From: an uncultured Acidimicrobiaceae bacterium
GTDB lineage: Bacteria; Actinomycetota; Acidimicrobiia; Acidimicrobiales; RAAP-2
Assembly: GCA_963812965.1 (NCBI GenBank)
Contig: CAWEXG010000004.1
Span: forward strand, 79,702-143,701
Direction of reading: 5' to 3'
Length of the DNA stretch: 64,000 nt
The notes below the pieces were generated by a model. It was not told where the DNA came from and searched no databases. It was given only the letters and a program-made list of their open reading frames with translations. Positions 12,421 to 25,243 of this stretch are shown one piece after another. Both the position numbers and the translations under genes were made by a program. The stretch's first letter is position 1. Each line of letters opens with the position of its first letter.

Positions 12421-14109
12421 TCAGCGGAGGTCGACCTGGCCGTCACACCGGAGCTTGCCCAGGAGCCCGCACCCCTCCTCGGTCACCAGCATCGCCAGCT
12501 GGTCGGGATCGGTCACCGTGGCCCAGGCGCGCCTTCCCTCAGGGGTGCGGCAAGCCACGACGCCCCGCTCCACAGCGTTGTCCCGGTCGAAGATCACGGT
12601 ATAGGTCTCCACCGTGACCTCCCCTTGCGCGTCGGCATCAGGGGCGCACTGGGGAAGCGCGCCTACCGCTGCCTGGGGATCGGTCCACCGGAACCCGGCC
12701 GCCGTCTCCACCGCAACGTTGTCGGACACGGCACGACCGGACACGGCACGACCGGACACGGCGTCGTCAGACGCGGTGGCATCGAGCACGGCGTCAGGGG
12801 TCGTTCGGTTGAGACCAGGGTCTGTTCCGTAGACCCCGATGGAGTGCTTGGTCAGGTACCACCCGAGACCGGTCACCACACCGAGCGACCCCGGGTCTTC
12901 CCTGAGCACGTCGACCATGGTGGCGATGGCGTGGGTGCTGTAGTTGTTGCCCGGTCCCCCGAAGAAGGTGAGCCCGCCGGTGACGGTCAGAGGTCGTGGG
13001 TCGTCAACGGAGATCCCCAGCTCGTCGGCGACGATCTGCACCACTGACGGAAAGCACGAGTACAGGTCCAGATGGGCGACGTCGTCGATGTCGATGCCTA
13101 CCTGGGCCAGCGCCGACCGACCGCAGAGCCGCATGGCCGGCGACGAGTGGAAGTTCGCTCGATGGGAGAGGAACCAGTGATCGTTGGCGTCTGAACCGGC
13201 CAGGGGGAATACCCATCGATCCCGGGGCACCCCGGCGGCCTCTGCTGCCTCGGCTGAGCACATGATCAGGGCGGCACCCTGGTCGACCTGCATGTTCGCC
13301 GTGAGTAGCTTCGTATAGGGGTAGGAGACCATCCGGTTGGCCTCGGTGACGGTGACCAGATCTTCGGCGGAGCGAGGCTCGGTCAGCCAGGCGTTCGGGT
13401 GGCGGGAAGCCACCTGCGAGAACCGTGACCAGATGTCACCGAGCCGTTGCTGGTGCTTGTCCAGGGAACGCCCTGCCTCGGCTCGGAGGGCGTTCTCGAA
13501 CAGAGGGAAGACGTGGATGGGCAGGTCGATGCCGCTGGCTTCCTCGGCTTCGGTGGCACCACGCCGTTCGGTGCCGATGAGCACCGGCTCCTCCGTGTCG
13601 GCTGTCTGTGTCGTCCAGGGCAAGACCGGTCGATCCGGATGCTTGCGAGCTGCCGTCGTGGTGAAGACGCAGTCGGCTCCCAGCACCACGGCGACCTCGA
13701 GCTCGCCTCGGCCAATGGCCAGAGCGGTTCGGTTGACGGACAGCTGGGGAGCGTTACCACCGATGGCGGTGACGGCCAGTTCCCGGGGCCATAGCGACAG
13801 CCGTTCTGCCACCAGGGCGGCCGGATTGCGGTAGTGCGAGCTGAGAGGGGCGACTGCACGGATCGACTCCGCTCGTCGGAGCAGGTTGCGCCCGGCTGGG
13901 GCCTGCCCCCCGGCTCTGGCGCCGTCGCAGTCCTCGGCCGCACGGTGGAGGGCACGGACCATCAGCTCCACCGGCTCCGGTCGTTCGACCAGTTCGACGT
14001 TCGGGTCGGGGTGGTTGGTCACCTGCCCAACCCCCACGATGACCGGAGTACGCAGGGTCGACGGCAGGCATGAGGACCCCGAGCGTACCGGCGCGCCAGC
14101 TGCTGTCAA
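12421..14109 (-). CDS. Thiolase-fold protein fused to a C-terminal OB-fold (DUF35-like) domain
   Basis: Lower about 560 codons of ORF 12421..14727. A thiolase-like core (VIVGVGQVTNHP.., ..LDLYSCFPSVVQ.., GGLTFFGGPGNNY) is followed by a low-complexity linker and a roughly 90-aa OB-like tail. I propose the TTG at 14109 as the start, with low certainty. The part of the ORF above about 14110 is antisense to rpiB and was rejected. Confidence 0.7.
   Translation of the reverse strand: MTAAGAPVRSGSSCLPSTLRTPVIVGVGQVTNHPDPNVELVERPEPVELMVRALHRAAEDCDGARAGGQAPAGRNLLRRAESIRAVAPLSSHYRNPAALVAERLSLWPRELAVTAIGGNAPQLSVNRTALAIGRGELEVAVVLGADCVFTTTAARKHPDRPVLPWTTQTADTEEPVLIGTERRGATEAEEASGIDLPIHVFPLFENALRAEAGRSLDKHQQRLGDIWSRFSQVASRHPNAWLTEPRSAEDLVTVTEANRMVSYPYTKLLTANMQVDQGAALIMCSAEAAEAAGVPRDRWVFPLAGSDANDHWFLSHRANFHSSPAMRLCGRSALAQVGIDIDDVAHLDLYSCFPSVVQIVADELGISVDDPRPLTVTGGLTFFGGPGNNYSTHAIATMVDVLREDPGSLGVVTGLGWYLTKHSIGVYGTDPGLNRTTPDAVLDATASDDAVSGRAVSGRAVSDNVAVETAAGFRWTDPQAAVGALPQCAPDADAQGEVTVETYTVIFDRDNAVERGVVACRTPEGRRAWATVTDPDQLAMLVTEEGCGLLGKLRCDGQVDLR
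12723..12763. repeat. 15-bp tandem repeat x2.7 (cggacacggcacgac), in frame in the thiolase/OB linker
   Basis: Read directly. It encodes AVSGR-AVSGR-AVS on the minus strand. Confidence 0.9.
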
Positions 14110-14190
14110 CCGGTCGTTGTTCGTGCTGGTGCCCGGGTATTCGTGCTGTGCAGGCCAGTGGGTGGGGGTCCCCCTCGGTAGACTTCGTGG

Positions 14191-14739
14191 ATGCGAATTG
14201 CCGCCGGTTCTGACCACGCCGGCTACGACCTGAAGACCGCGTTGGCCAAGCACCTGGTGGACAACGGCCACGAGGTCGTCGACCTGGGCACGGACTCGCC
14301 GGACGTGTCGGTGGACTACCCGGACTTCGGCGAGGCGGTGGGCGAGGCGGTGGCAGCCGGCCACGTTGCGTTGGGGCTGTGTGTCTGCGGCACCGGCATC
14401 GGGATCAGCATCGCCGCTAACAAGGTGCCGGGAGTACGGGCTGCGCTGGTGCACGACGTGACCACCGCCGGGCTGGCTCGGCAGCACAACAATGCCAATG
14501 TGATCTGCTTCGGAGGTCGGACCACCGGGATCGTCGTTGCTACTGACGCGCTCGACACCTTCCTCACCACTGCGTATGCAGGCGGCCGCCACCAGCGCCG
14601 TATCGACGAGATCTCGACGTACGAAGCCAGTCACCACGACGTCGAGCGCCACGACACTGAGCGCCACGACACCGGGCAACGCAACGAAGGTCAGCACGAA
14701 GCAGACCGACACAGGGAAAGGCAGCAACCAACATCATGA
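14191..14739 (+). CDS. rpiB: Ribose-5-phosphate isomerase B with a His/Arg/Glu-rich C-terminal tail
   Basis: [37 protein letters not shown] is RpiB/LacAB family. The stop overlaps the glyA start (ATGA at 14736-14739). Confidence 0.9.
   Translation: MRIAAGSDHAGYDLKTALAKHLVDNGHEVVDLGTDSPDVSVDYPDFGEAVGEAVAAGHVALGLCVCGTGIGISIAANKVPGVRAALVHDVTTAGLARQHNNANVICFGGRTTGIVVATDALDTFLTTAYAGGRHQRRIDEISTYEASHHDVERHDTERHDTGQRNEGQHEADRHRERQQPTS
14644..14673. repeat. 15-bp tandem repeat x2 (gagcgccacgacacY), in frame in the rpiB tail
   Basis: Read directly. It encodes [10 protein letters not shown]. Confidence 0.85.
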
Positions 14740-16043
14740 GCTTCTCCTACGCCGCCACGCCGTTCGACACCTGGCTCGGAGACGATCCCGAGGTGTCCCA
14801 CATCCTCGACGAGGAGATCGACCGCCAGTCGACCACCCTCCAGCTGATCGCCTCGGAGAACTTCACGTCGCCGGCTGTGCTGGCGGCATCGGGATCGGTC
14901 CTCACCAACAAGTACGCCGAGGGCTACCCCGGCCGCCGCTACTACGGGGGGAACCAGTTCATCGACGAGGTGGAGAACCTGGCCCGTGACCGGGCAACGG
15001 CTCTCTTCGGGGCTGAGCACGCCAACGTGCAGCCACATGCCGGCGCCAACGCCAACCTGGCCGTCTACCAGGCGCTGCTGCGAGCCGGGCGACACCATCC
15101 TCGCCATGCGCCTCGACCACGGTGGGCACCTGACCCACGGTTCCCCGGCCAGCATCACCAGCAAGATGTGGCGGTTCGTCTCCTACGGGGTCTCGGCCGC
15201 CAGCTCCGATCCGGACAAGCCGGGCGAGATCATCGACTTCGATCAGGTTGCCGACGTGGCTCGGCGGGAGCGCCCCCGAGCTGATCGTGGCCGGATCGAC
15301 CGCCTACTCCCGGATCATCGACCCGCTCCCGTTCCGTGAGATCGCCGACTCGGTCGGCGCTCTGTTCATGTTCGACGCCGCTCATCCGGCTGGTCTCATC
15401 GCCGGCAAGGTCCACCCTTCTCCGGTGGGTGTGGCCGACGTGGTGACCCTCACCACCCATAAGACGCTGCGGGGTCCGCGTGGTGGCGCCATCCTCACGA
15501 CGGCCGAGCACGCCAAGGCCATCGACAGCGCGGTGTTCCCCGGCCTCCAAGGAGGCCCCCTGGAGCACGTGGTGGCGGCCAAGGCCGTGGCCTTCGCCGA
15601 GGCCGCCCGCCCCGAGTTCCGTGCGCTATGCGGCTCAGGTCGTTGCCAACGCCGCTGCCCTGGGGAGCTCGTTGACCGAGGCCGGGTTCCGTCTGGTGTC
15701 CGGTGGCACCGAGAACCACCAGGTGCTCGTGGATCTCCGGACTTTCGATGCCGAGCTCACCGGAAAGGTGGCCCAGGAGGTCCTGGACCGGGCCGGTATC
15801 ACCTGCAACCGCAACACGATCCCCGACGATCCCCGGTCGCCCTTCGTGACCTCGGGCCTCCGGCTGGGCTCGGCCGCCCAGACCACGACAGGTATGGGTG
15901 AGACGGAGCTGGCCGTGGTGGGCGAGCTGATCAGCCGCACCCTGCGGCATCGTGACGACGAGCAGGAGCTGGCCGTCGTCCGGGAAGAGGTGCGGGCTCT
16001 GTGCGAAGCGTTCCCGCCCTACCCCACACTGGCAAGGTCGTGA
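14736..16043 (+). pseudogene. glyA: Serine hydroxymethyltransferase, frame broken 3 times as assembled
   Basis: The gene is split across four ORF-track pieces. They are [28 protein letters not shown] (14736..), [18 protein letters not shown] (14986..), [22 protein letters not shown] (15248..) and [23 protein letters not shown] (15480..16043). Shifts are near 15081, 15270 and 15625. Confidence 0.9.
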
Positions 16044-16083
16044 TCGTCGGTACCGGTCAGGTTGTGGTCGAAAGCTTGCCTCT

Positions 16084-17285
16084 GTGACGTCTGGCGTGTC
16101 GTTCGGCTGGTATGGCCTGGTGCTCGTGGTGGCCATGCTGGCCTCATACCTGTGCACCTTTCCGGTCAGGAACATCGCCAGCCGGATCGGCTACATCGCC
16201 CAGCCCGATGCCCGCAAGATCCATCAGCAGGTGACACCGGAGGCAGGTGGGGTGGCCATGTTCGTGGCCCTGCTGGTGGCGGTGTCGGTGGCGGCGTTGC
16301 TGCCCAAGTTCCGTCCGGAGTTCCAGGGTTCGTCGGAGCCCCTGGGCCTTCTGCTCGGGGCCACGGCCATCTTCGTGGTCGGGGTCATCGACGACATCCG
16401 GGACATGTCGGCCCCGGCCAAGATGGCCGGCCAAGTGCTGGCAGCCACCATCCTGTACTTCCTGGGTGTCACCTGGTTCCAGTTCAAGGTGCCGTTGGCC
16501 GGGTTCGTCGTGCTCTCACCCGATCTGACGCCGCTCCTCACTGCCCTGTGGGTTATCGGTATCACCAACGCCGTCAACTTCATCGATGGCCTCGACGGTC
16601 TGGCTGCCGGTGTCGTCGCCATCGCCTCGGGTGCGCTCGCTCTCTACGGACTGCACCTCCAGCATCTGGGCAACCTGTCGACGGACAACATCGGCCCGCT
16701 GGTGGCGGTGATCACCTGTGGCATCTGCATCGGCTTCCTGCCCCACAACTTCTACCGGGCCAAGATCTTCATGGGAGATTCCGGCGCCTTGCTCATCGGT
16801 CTGTTGATGGCTGCCGCCACCATGCTCATCGGGGGGCGTTCGGCGGGCCAGGTCAAGACCGGGCAGACCTACTTCTTCTTCGCCCCCCTCTTCATCCCGT
16901 TCTTCATCCTCGGCGTGCCCCTCTTCGACATGGCGTTCGCGCTTCGTCCGGCGTACGGCCAACCGGACCGGGTTCGCAACGCCGGACAAGAACCACCTAC
17001 ACCACCGTTTGCTACGGTTGGGGCACGGGCATCGCCGTAGCGTCCTCATCCTGTGGGCGTGGACGGCGTTGCTGTCGGGCTTCATCCTGTTCCCGCTCTA
17101 CGTGTCGAGCGTGAACACCTTCGTCCCCTTCGGGGCACTGGCGCTGGGGGCTCATCCTCTACACGCTGTTCCACCCGGGGCTCCGGCGCCAGGCCGATGA
17201 CCCCGAGGCTGAGGATCTTGAGACCGACGATCCCCAGATTGCGGGTCCTGAGGCTGTGGCACCCGTCGACACGACCGCTCTGTAA
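16084..17285 (+). pseudogene. wecA: Polyprenyl-phosphate N-acetylhexosamine-1-phosphate transferase (WecA/Rfe, MraY family), frame broken twice as assembled
   Basis: Family motifs are DDIRDMSAPAKM, NAVNFIDGLDGLAAG and FMGDSGALLIGLL. After a shift near 16942 the protein continues FVRRTANRTGFATPDKNHLHHRLLRLGHGHRRSV. A second shift sits at a G5 run (17146-17150), and translation then runs to the TAA at 17283-17285. The GTG start at 16084 is tentative. Confidence 0.8.
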
Positions 17286-17305
17286 CGGGCCTGTAACAGC
17301 ACGGT

Positions 17306-17327
17306 GAACGGAATGATTCCCCGTTTT
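17306..17327 (+). terminator. Candidate terminator after wecA (GAACGGAA-tga-TTCCccGTTTT)
   Basis: Bulged hairpin followed by a short T run, read directly. Confidence 0.3.
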
Positions 17328-17507
17328 GCCGGACTGCCTGCCCAGGTGCGATGATGAGGCCCGTGATGTTCTCCCATCTCGCTGTGGTTCGGGGCGATAG
17401 TCGTGTGTCCGGACCATGTGGCGACGGCGCCCGACGCGCTACGTGACTCCGGGATATTCGGTTGAAGCACCTTCTCGCTACCTCTACTGACGCGGCACGG
17501 CACAGCG

Positions 17508-17786
17508 ATGGCGGACGACTCCCCAATTCCAGGTTCGCAGCCCGATTCGCAGCTGCCGCCGGACCAGGGAGCTCACCCTCACTCCGATCCGAACCCCACG
17601 CCGAGCATCATCGACTTCCTGACCATGGGTGTGGCCAGCGCACTGTGCCTGGTCCTAGGTGGGGGCATCGGGTATGGGATCGACGCGTTGGCGCACACCA
17701 CACCGGTTCTGACCTTCGTGGGCCTCGGCTTCGGGGTGGTCGCTGCGGTGTTGGTCACCGTGACGCAGGTCCGCAAGTACCTGTAG
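17508..17786 (+). CDS. AtpZ/AtpI-family small membrane protein (putative F0F1-ATPase accessory subunit)
   Basis: 92-aa ORF with two TM helices. GGGIGYGIDALAHTTPVLTFVGLGFGVV resembles the AtpZ motif. It is the first gene of the atp operon. Confidence 0.6.
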   Translation: MADDSPIPGSQPDSQLPPDQGAHPHSDPNPTPSIIDFLTMGVASALCLVLGGGIGYGIDALAHTTPVLTFVGLGFGVVAAVLVTVTQVRKYL

Positions 17787-17825
17787 CGGGGCGGCGACAG
17801 CCAATGCAGAGGCACGGGGCCTGAC

Positions 17826-18302
17826 GTGTTCGCTCGCTTCTCTCTGCCCGACGTCCCTTCGGTCTCCCGGCGCACCGTGACGGCGGCGCTCATCGTGGGG
17901 GTACTGGCCCTGGCCGCCGCCATCTCCTTCGACAAAGCGCTCCTCGGTGTCGGTGCCTGCGTCGGCCTGGCTCTGGGAACCCTCAACTTCCGCTTGGTGG
18001 GCTCCTCGGTGGTCAAGGTGGGTGCCAGGGAGGACGAGAACAAGAGGCGTCCGTTGGCCATGAACACCCTGACCCGGATGGGGATCATCTCGGTCATCAC
18101 CATCGGGCTGCTGTTCCTCTCGTTCGAGCTCGGCTTCGGGGTACTGGCCGGCCTGGCCGTCTTCCAGATGCTCCTGCTGGTCAACGTGGCCCGGTCGATG
18201 CTGAAGCTCGGCCCGCCGACCGACAGCGGCGAGGGCGTTCTCGACGTCGACGTTCTCGGTGTGGTCGAGGCGTCCTCCGATGACAGCCGTGGGGGTGTCT
18301 GA
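17826..18302 (+). CDS. atpI: ATP synthase protein I-like membrane protein
   Basis: 158-aa hydrophobic ORF (4 predicted TM helices) directly upstream of atpB. The assignment rests on position and topology only. Confidence 0.55.
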   Translation: MFARFSLPDVPSVSRRTVTAALIVGVLALAAAISFDKALLGVGACVGLALGTLNFRLVGSSVVKVGAREDENKRRPLAMNTLTRMGIISVITIGLLFLSFELGFGVLAGLAVFQMLLLVNVARSMLKLGPPTDSGEGVLDVDVLGVVEASSDDSRGGV

Positions 18303-18306
18303 CCTG

Positions 18307-19092
18307 ATGGGCCTCGACGTGAACTTGCTGAGCGCACACCTGCTGGCCACCGATGTCTCCGTCGGTGACCACGTGACGAAGAAGGTGCTCGGTCTCACCC
18401 TCAACATGGACACGGTATGGGCGACTGTCGCCGCCGGCATCATCACCATCGCCCTCGGCCTGGCCGTCCGATTTCGTGCCACTGCCAGCGTGCCGGGCAA
18501 GTTGCAGCTGGTGTGGGAGATGGGCGTCACCGCCGTCAAGAAGCAGGTGGACTCGAACATCGGTCCTCGGGGTGCTCGCATCGTCCCACTGGCCGTGACG
18601 CTGTTCGTGTTCATCTTCGTGTGCAACCTGTTCGAAGTGGTGGGTCTGGGGAGCAGATACGAGTGGCTTCCCGCTCCGACCGCCGATATCAACCTGCCGC
18701 TGGCCCTGGCTGTCTTCGTCATCGTGCTGGTCCACATCGCCTCGATCCGATCCCGAGGCATCGGCGGCTACCTGAAGCACTACCTGCTGCAGCCGTTCCC
18801 CATCTTCCTGATGCCGTTCAACCTGTTCATCAACCTGGTGGAGGAGATCGCCAAGCCGCTCACCCTGGCCCTTCGACTCTTCGGCAACCTGCTCTCCGGC
18901 GGCCTTATGCTGTCGCTGCTGGCGTACCTGGTCGTGTGGAAGATCGGGGTCATCCCGGTGGGCGGGATCCTCTTCCTCGTCTTCGATCCGGTGTGGAAGC
19001 TGTTCGACCTGTTGATCGGCGCCATCCAGGCGTTCATCTTCGCCCTGTTGACCATCCTCTACTTCGACACGGCGATGAGCGACGCCCACTGA
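18307..19092 (+). CDS. atpB: F0F1 ATP synthase subunit a
   Basis: LALRLFGNLLSGGLML carries the essential Arg motif of subunit a. The ATG at 18307 (MGLDVNLL) is preferred over the ORF-track start at 18259. Confidence 0.9.
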   Translation: MGLDVNLLSAHLLATDVSVGDHVTKKVLGLTLNMDTVWATVAAGIITIALGLAVRFRATASVPGKLQLVWEMGVTAVKKQVDSNIGPRGARIVPLAVTLFVFIFVCNLFEVVGLGSRYEWLPAPTADINLPLALAVFVIVLVHIASIRSRGIGGYLKHYLLQPFPIFLMPFNLFINLVEEIAKPLTLALRLFGNLLSGGLMLSLLAYLVVWKIGVIPVGGILFLVFDPVWKLFDLLIGAIQAFIFALLTILYFDTAMSDAH

Positions 19093-19177
19093 TCGCCCGG
19101 TAGACAGCTACAGCTGGTAGGCAGTTCGTTTCACACCGCACTCTTCAACCACAACCGACACAGAAGGAGAAGCACCA

Positions 19178-19441
19178 ATGGCAGACAACTCAATGGCGGA
19201 GGCCGTCAGACTGGCCGGCGCCATGGTTGGCGGCGGCTTGGCACTGGGAGGCGGCGCTGTGGGCGCTGCCGTGGGTGACGGCCTCGCCGGTAGCCAGACG
19301 ATTGCTGGTGTGGCCCGTCAGCCTGAGGCACAAGGTCGGCTGTTCACCATCATGTTCCTGACGGTGGGCCTGGTCGAGGCCATGTACTTCATCAACCTGG
19401 CTTTCACCGCGCTCTTCGTCTTCTCGCTGTACAAGAAGTAG
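19178..19441 (+). CDS. atpE: F0F1 ATP synthase subunit c
   Basis: 87-aa hairpin proteolipid with the [10 protein letters not shown] loop and an ion-binding Glu in [23 protein letters not shown] upstream. Confidence 0.95.
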   Translation: MADNSMAEAVRLAGAMVGGGLALGGGAVGAAVGDGLAGSQTIAGVARQPEAQGRLFTIMFLTVGLVEAMYFINLAFTALFVFSLYKK

Positions 19442-19547
19442 GCCCGTGGCGCGAGCAGGCTCTGCCGGACAGGTGACCGTCGGTGACGGCCGTCAGAACG
19501 GCGGCGGCAACGGCAACGACCGAACGACGAAGCGAGGCTGACAGAAG

Positions 19548-20093
19548 ATGCCCATCGCAACCAGTAACTTCCTCGTCCCCAACGGGACGTTCTTCTTTGA
19601 GCTGATCGCGTTCATCATCGTGCTCGGTGTCATCGCGTGGAAGGTGCTGCCCCCCCTCAACAAGATGCTGACCGAGCGCCAGGAGCAGATCCGGGGCGAG
19701 CTCGACGCTGCCGACCAGGCCAAGGCCGATGCGGAGCACGCTGACCTGGAGCGTCGCAGCGAGTTGGAGCAGGCACGGCAGCACGCCCGGGAGATCGTGG
19801 CTCAGGCCCATGCCACCGCCGACCAGGTGACCGCCTCCCGCCAGGCCCAGGCGCAGGCCGAGTACGAACGCATCGTGAACTCGGCAGAGGCCGAGGTCAT
19901 CCTGGCCCGCCAGGCTGCGGTCGAAGAGGTGTCGTCCCGTGTCGGGGAGATCGTCCTCGCCGCCGCCGAGCGGGTGATCGGTCGAGAGATCCGAGCCTCG
20001 GACCACCGGGATCTGATCGACGAGGCCATCGCCGCCGTGTCTGCCGAAGCTGCAGGTTCGGTCGCCGCCGCTACACCCAGGAGCGGCGGGTGA
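19548..20093 (+). CDS. atpF: F0F1 ATP synthase subunit b
   Basis: 181-aa ORF with one N-terminal TM helix followed by a long charged Ala/Glu/Arg/Gln helix. Assignment also rests on operon position. Confidence 0.88.
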   Translation: MPIATSNFLVPNGTFFFELIAFIIVLGVIAWKVLPPLNKMLTERQEQIRGELDAADQAKADAEHADLERRSELEQARQHAREIVAQAHATADQVTASRQAQAQAEYERIVNSAEAEVILARQAAVEEVSSRVGEIVLAAAERVIGREIRASDHRDLIDEAIAAVSAEAAGSVAAATPRSGG

Positions 20094-21097
20094 ACCCTGC
20101 CCTCCAGGGCTACCTGCCGCGGTGTCGTCGAGACGCTGGCCGATGCCGGCGTCGTGGCCGACACCGCCGCCGAGCTACAGGCAGTGGCGTCGATGGTCGA
20201 CGGCAGCAACGAGCTGAGCCTGACGTTGAACGACGCTGCCGTGTCGGTTGCGGCCCGGCGCGCCGTGCTCGACGACCTGCTCGACGGCAAGGTGCGATCC
20301 GAGGTGCGGAACCTGGTGGCCAAGGCGGTCACCGTGGTCCCGGCATCCGACGTGCTCGCCGCGTTCCACTGGATGGCATCCGAGGTGAACCTGGAGGCCT
20401 CCCGCCTGGCCGACAGTCCGGACGAGCTGGCCAATGAGAGCGTGCTCGGTCGGATGGGGTCCCGGAACCGGGTGACGGGGTTACGCCGCCGCCGTGCTCG
20501 AGACCGTCTCCCTCGAAGAGATCGAAGAGATCGAGGACCAGGTGTTCCGGTTCGCTCGCACGGTCGAGTCGAACCGCGCTCTTCGGCTGGCACTGGGCGA
20601 TCGGGACCTGCCCCTGCCGGCTCGCACCGGCATCATCGACCGATCTGATCGGTGAACAGGTGCTCCCTGCCACAGCTGCGCCTGGTCGTCTTCGCTGTCC
20701 GGGGCGGTCGTGCCCGGGACATCGTCTCCACCCTCGACGACATCGTCGAGGAGGCAGCTTCCGCCCGTGGCTGGAGGGTGGCCAGGGTCCGCTCCGCCGA
20801 GGACGTGGCTGACCCTCAGCGCCAGGGGTTGGGCGACGCGCTGGCTCACCTGACTGGCTCGCCGGTGGAGCTCCAGGTGACCATCGACCCGGCACTGCTG
20901 GGTGGTGTTGTTGTCCAGGTGGGAGACCTCCTGGTCGATGGCAGCGCCCGCCACCGGTTGGACCAGCTGAAAGAACACCTGCTCACGTCCGAGGCGGAGT
21001 ACCGGATCGGAGGGCCCTCCGGGGTCCCAGAGGAGCAGATTTCGGGAGTCCCAGGCTCTGGGAACCCAGGAACCACAGAAGGAAGGGAAGAGAGCTG

Positions 21098-21098
<1 letters not shown>
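20090..21098 (+). pseudogene. atpH: F0F1 ATP synthase subunit delta (OSCP), long form of about 335 codons, frame broken at least 4 times as assembled
   Basis: Pieces are MNPALQGYL; AVVETLADAGVV..NELSLTLND..RRAVLDDLL; GYAAAVLETVSLEEIEEIEDQVFRFARTVESNRALRLALGD; and LRLVVFAVRGGRARDIV..ELQVTIDPALLGGVVVQVGDLLVDGSARHRLDQLKEHL. Shifts are near 20115, 20478, 20640 and 20685. The stop overlaps the atpA ATG (21096-21100). Confidence 0.8.
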
Positions 21099-22622
<1,524 letters not shown>

Positions 22623-22625
22623 CCC

Positions 22626-23642
22626 ATGGCCGGCGGTCAAGAGCGCGTCCTGAGGCGACGGATCAAGAGCATCCAGTCGACGAAGAAGATCACCAAGGCG
22701 ATGGAGCTCATCGCTGCATCGCAGATCGTGCGCGCTCAGAACCGCATCGCCGCCGCCCGCCCCTACCAGGAGGCCATGGCTCGTATCGTGCTCGAGACCG
22801 CCACTGGTGACGAGGCTGCGGCCGGACGGCTGCTCGGTACCCCGGAGAAGATCGAGAAGGTCGCCGTGCTGGCCATCGTGGCCGACCGGGGCCTGTGCGG
22901 GGGGTACAACACGGCGGTCTTCCGAGCCACCGAGCGGCTGATTGCCACCGGCTCTTTTGGTTCTGATAATCCTTCCGGCTCTTCCGTCGGTTCCTCTGGA
23001 CCTGCCGGCTCGGCTGACGGTGTCGAGTACCGCCTGTTCACCACTGGGAAGAAGGCGCAGAGCTACTTCCGCTACCGCCGCATACCCGTCGAAGCGTCCT
23101 TCACCGGCTTCAGCGAACGCCCGACGTTCGAGGCGGCCCGCGACGTCACCCGCGCCGTGGTGACCCCGTTCGTGGAGGGTGAGGTGGACCAGGTCGTGGT
23201 GGTCTCCACCCGCTTCCTGTCGGCAGGCACGCAGCGGGTCGAGGCCAGGCAGCTCCTGCCGTTGATCGATCCACGCCAGACCGACGACCCTGACGAGCAG
23301 ACGTTCGTGTCGGCCGACTCGGGAGACGCCCGTCTGGGGTACACCGAGTTCGAGCCCGATGCCGCCACGCTCCTGGAGACGCTGGCGCCGACGGCGGCCG
23401 AGACCGAGATCTTCGCAGCGCTCCTGGAGGGATCGGCGGCCGAGCTGACCGCTCGCCAACGGGCCATGGCCGCAGCCACCGAGAACGCCGAGGAGCTCAT
23501 CAAGAAGTACTCCCGGATTATGAACCGTGCTCGCCAGGACACCATTACCACCGAGATCATGGAGATCGTCGGTGGTGCCGAGGCGTTGCGGGCCGGCGCC
23601 GACGGCGATGACGGCGGCTTGATGATCCGGGCCGGTGTGTGA
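22626..23642 (+). CDS. atpG: F0F1 ATP synthase subunit gamma (with a roughly 24-aa Ser/Gly-rich insertion)
   Basis: Intact 338-aa ORF. It starts with IKSIQSTKKITKAMELIAASQ and ends with QDTITTEIMEIVGGAEAL. Confidence 0.93.
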   Translation: MAGGQERVLRRRIKSIQSTKKITKAMELIAASQIVRAQNRIAAARPYQEAMARIVLETATGDEAAAGRLLGTPEKIEKVAVLAIVADRGLCGGYNTAVFRATERLIATGSFGSDNPSGSSVGSSGPAGSADGVEYRLFTTGKKAQSYFRYRRIPVEASFTGFSERPTFEAARDVTRAVVTPFVEGEVDQVVVVSTRFLSAGTQRVEARQLLPLIDPRQTDDPDEQTFVSADSGDARLGYTEFEPDAATLLETLAPTAAETEIFAALLEGSAAELTARQRAMAAATENAEELIKKYSRIMNRARQDTITTEIMEIVGGAEALRAGADGDDGGLMIRAGV

Positions 23643-23668
23643 ACCGTGCGTACACCGACCAGCACTGA

Positions 23669-25225
<1,557 letters not shown>

Positions 25226-25243
25226 TCGGCTCGGTCCGGATCG

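Noticed and set aside
14110-14727. The upper roughly 200 codons of ORF 12421..14727 as an N-terminal extension of the thiolase-fold protein.
   Set aside because: This part is antisense to the well-conserved rpiB gene and has a low-complexity translation. The thiolase homology begins only around ..TPVIVGVGQV (about 14060).
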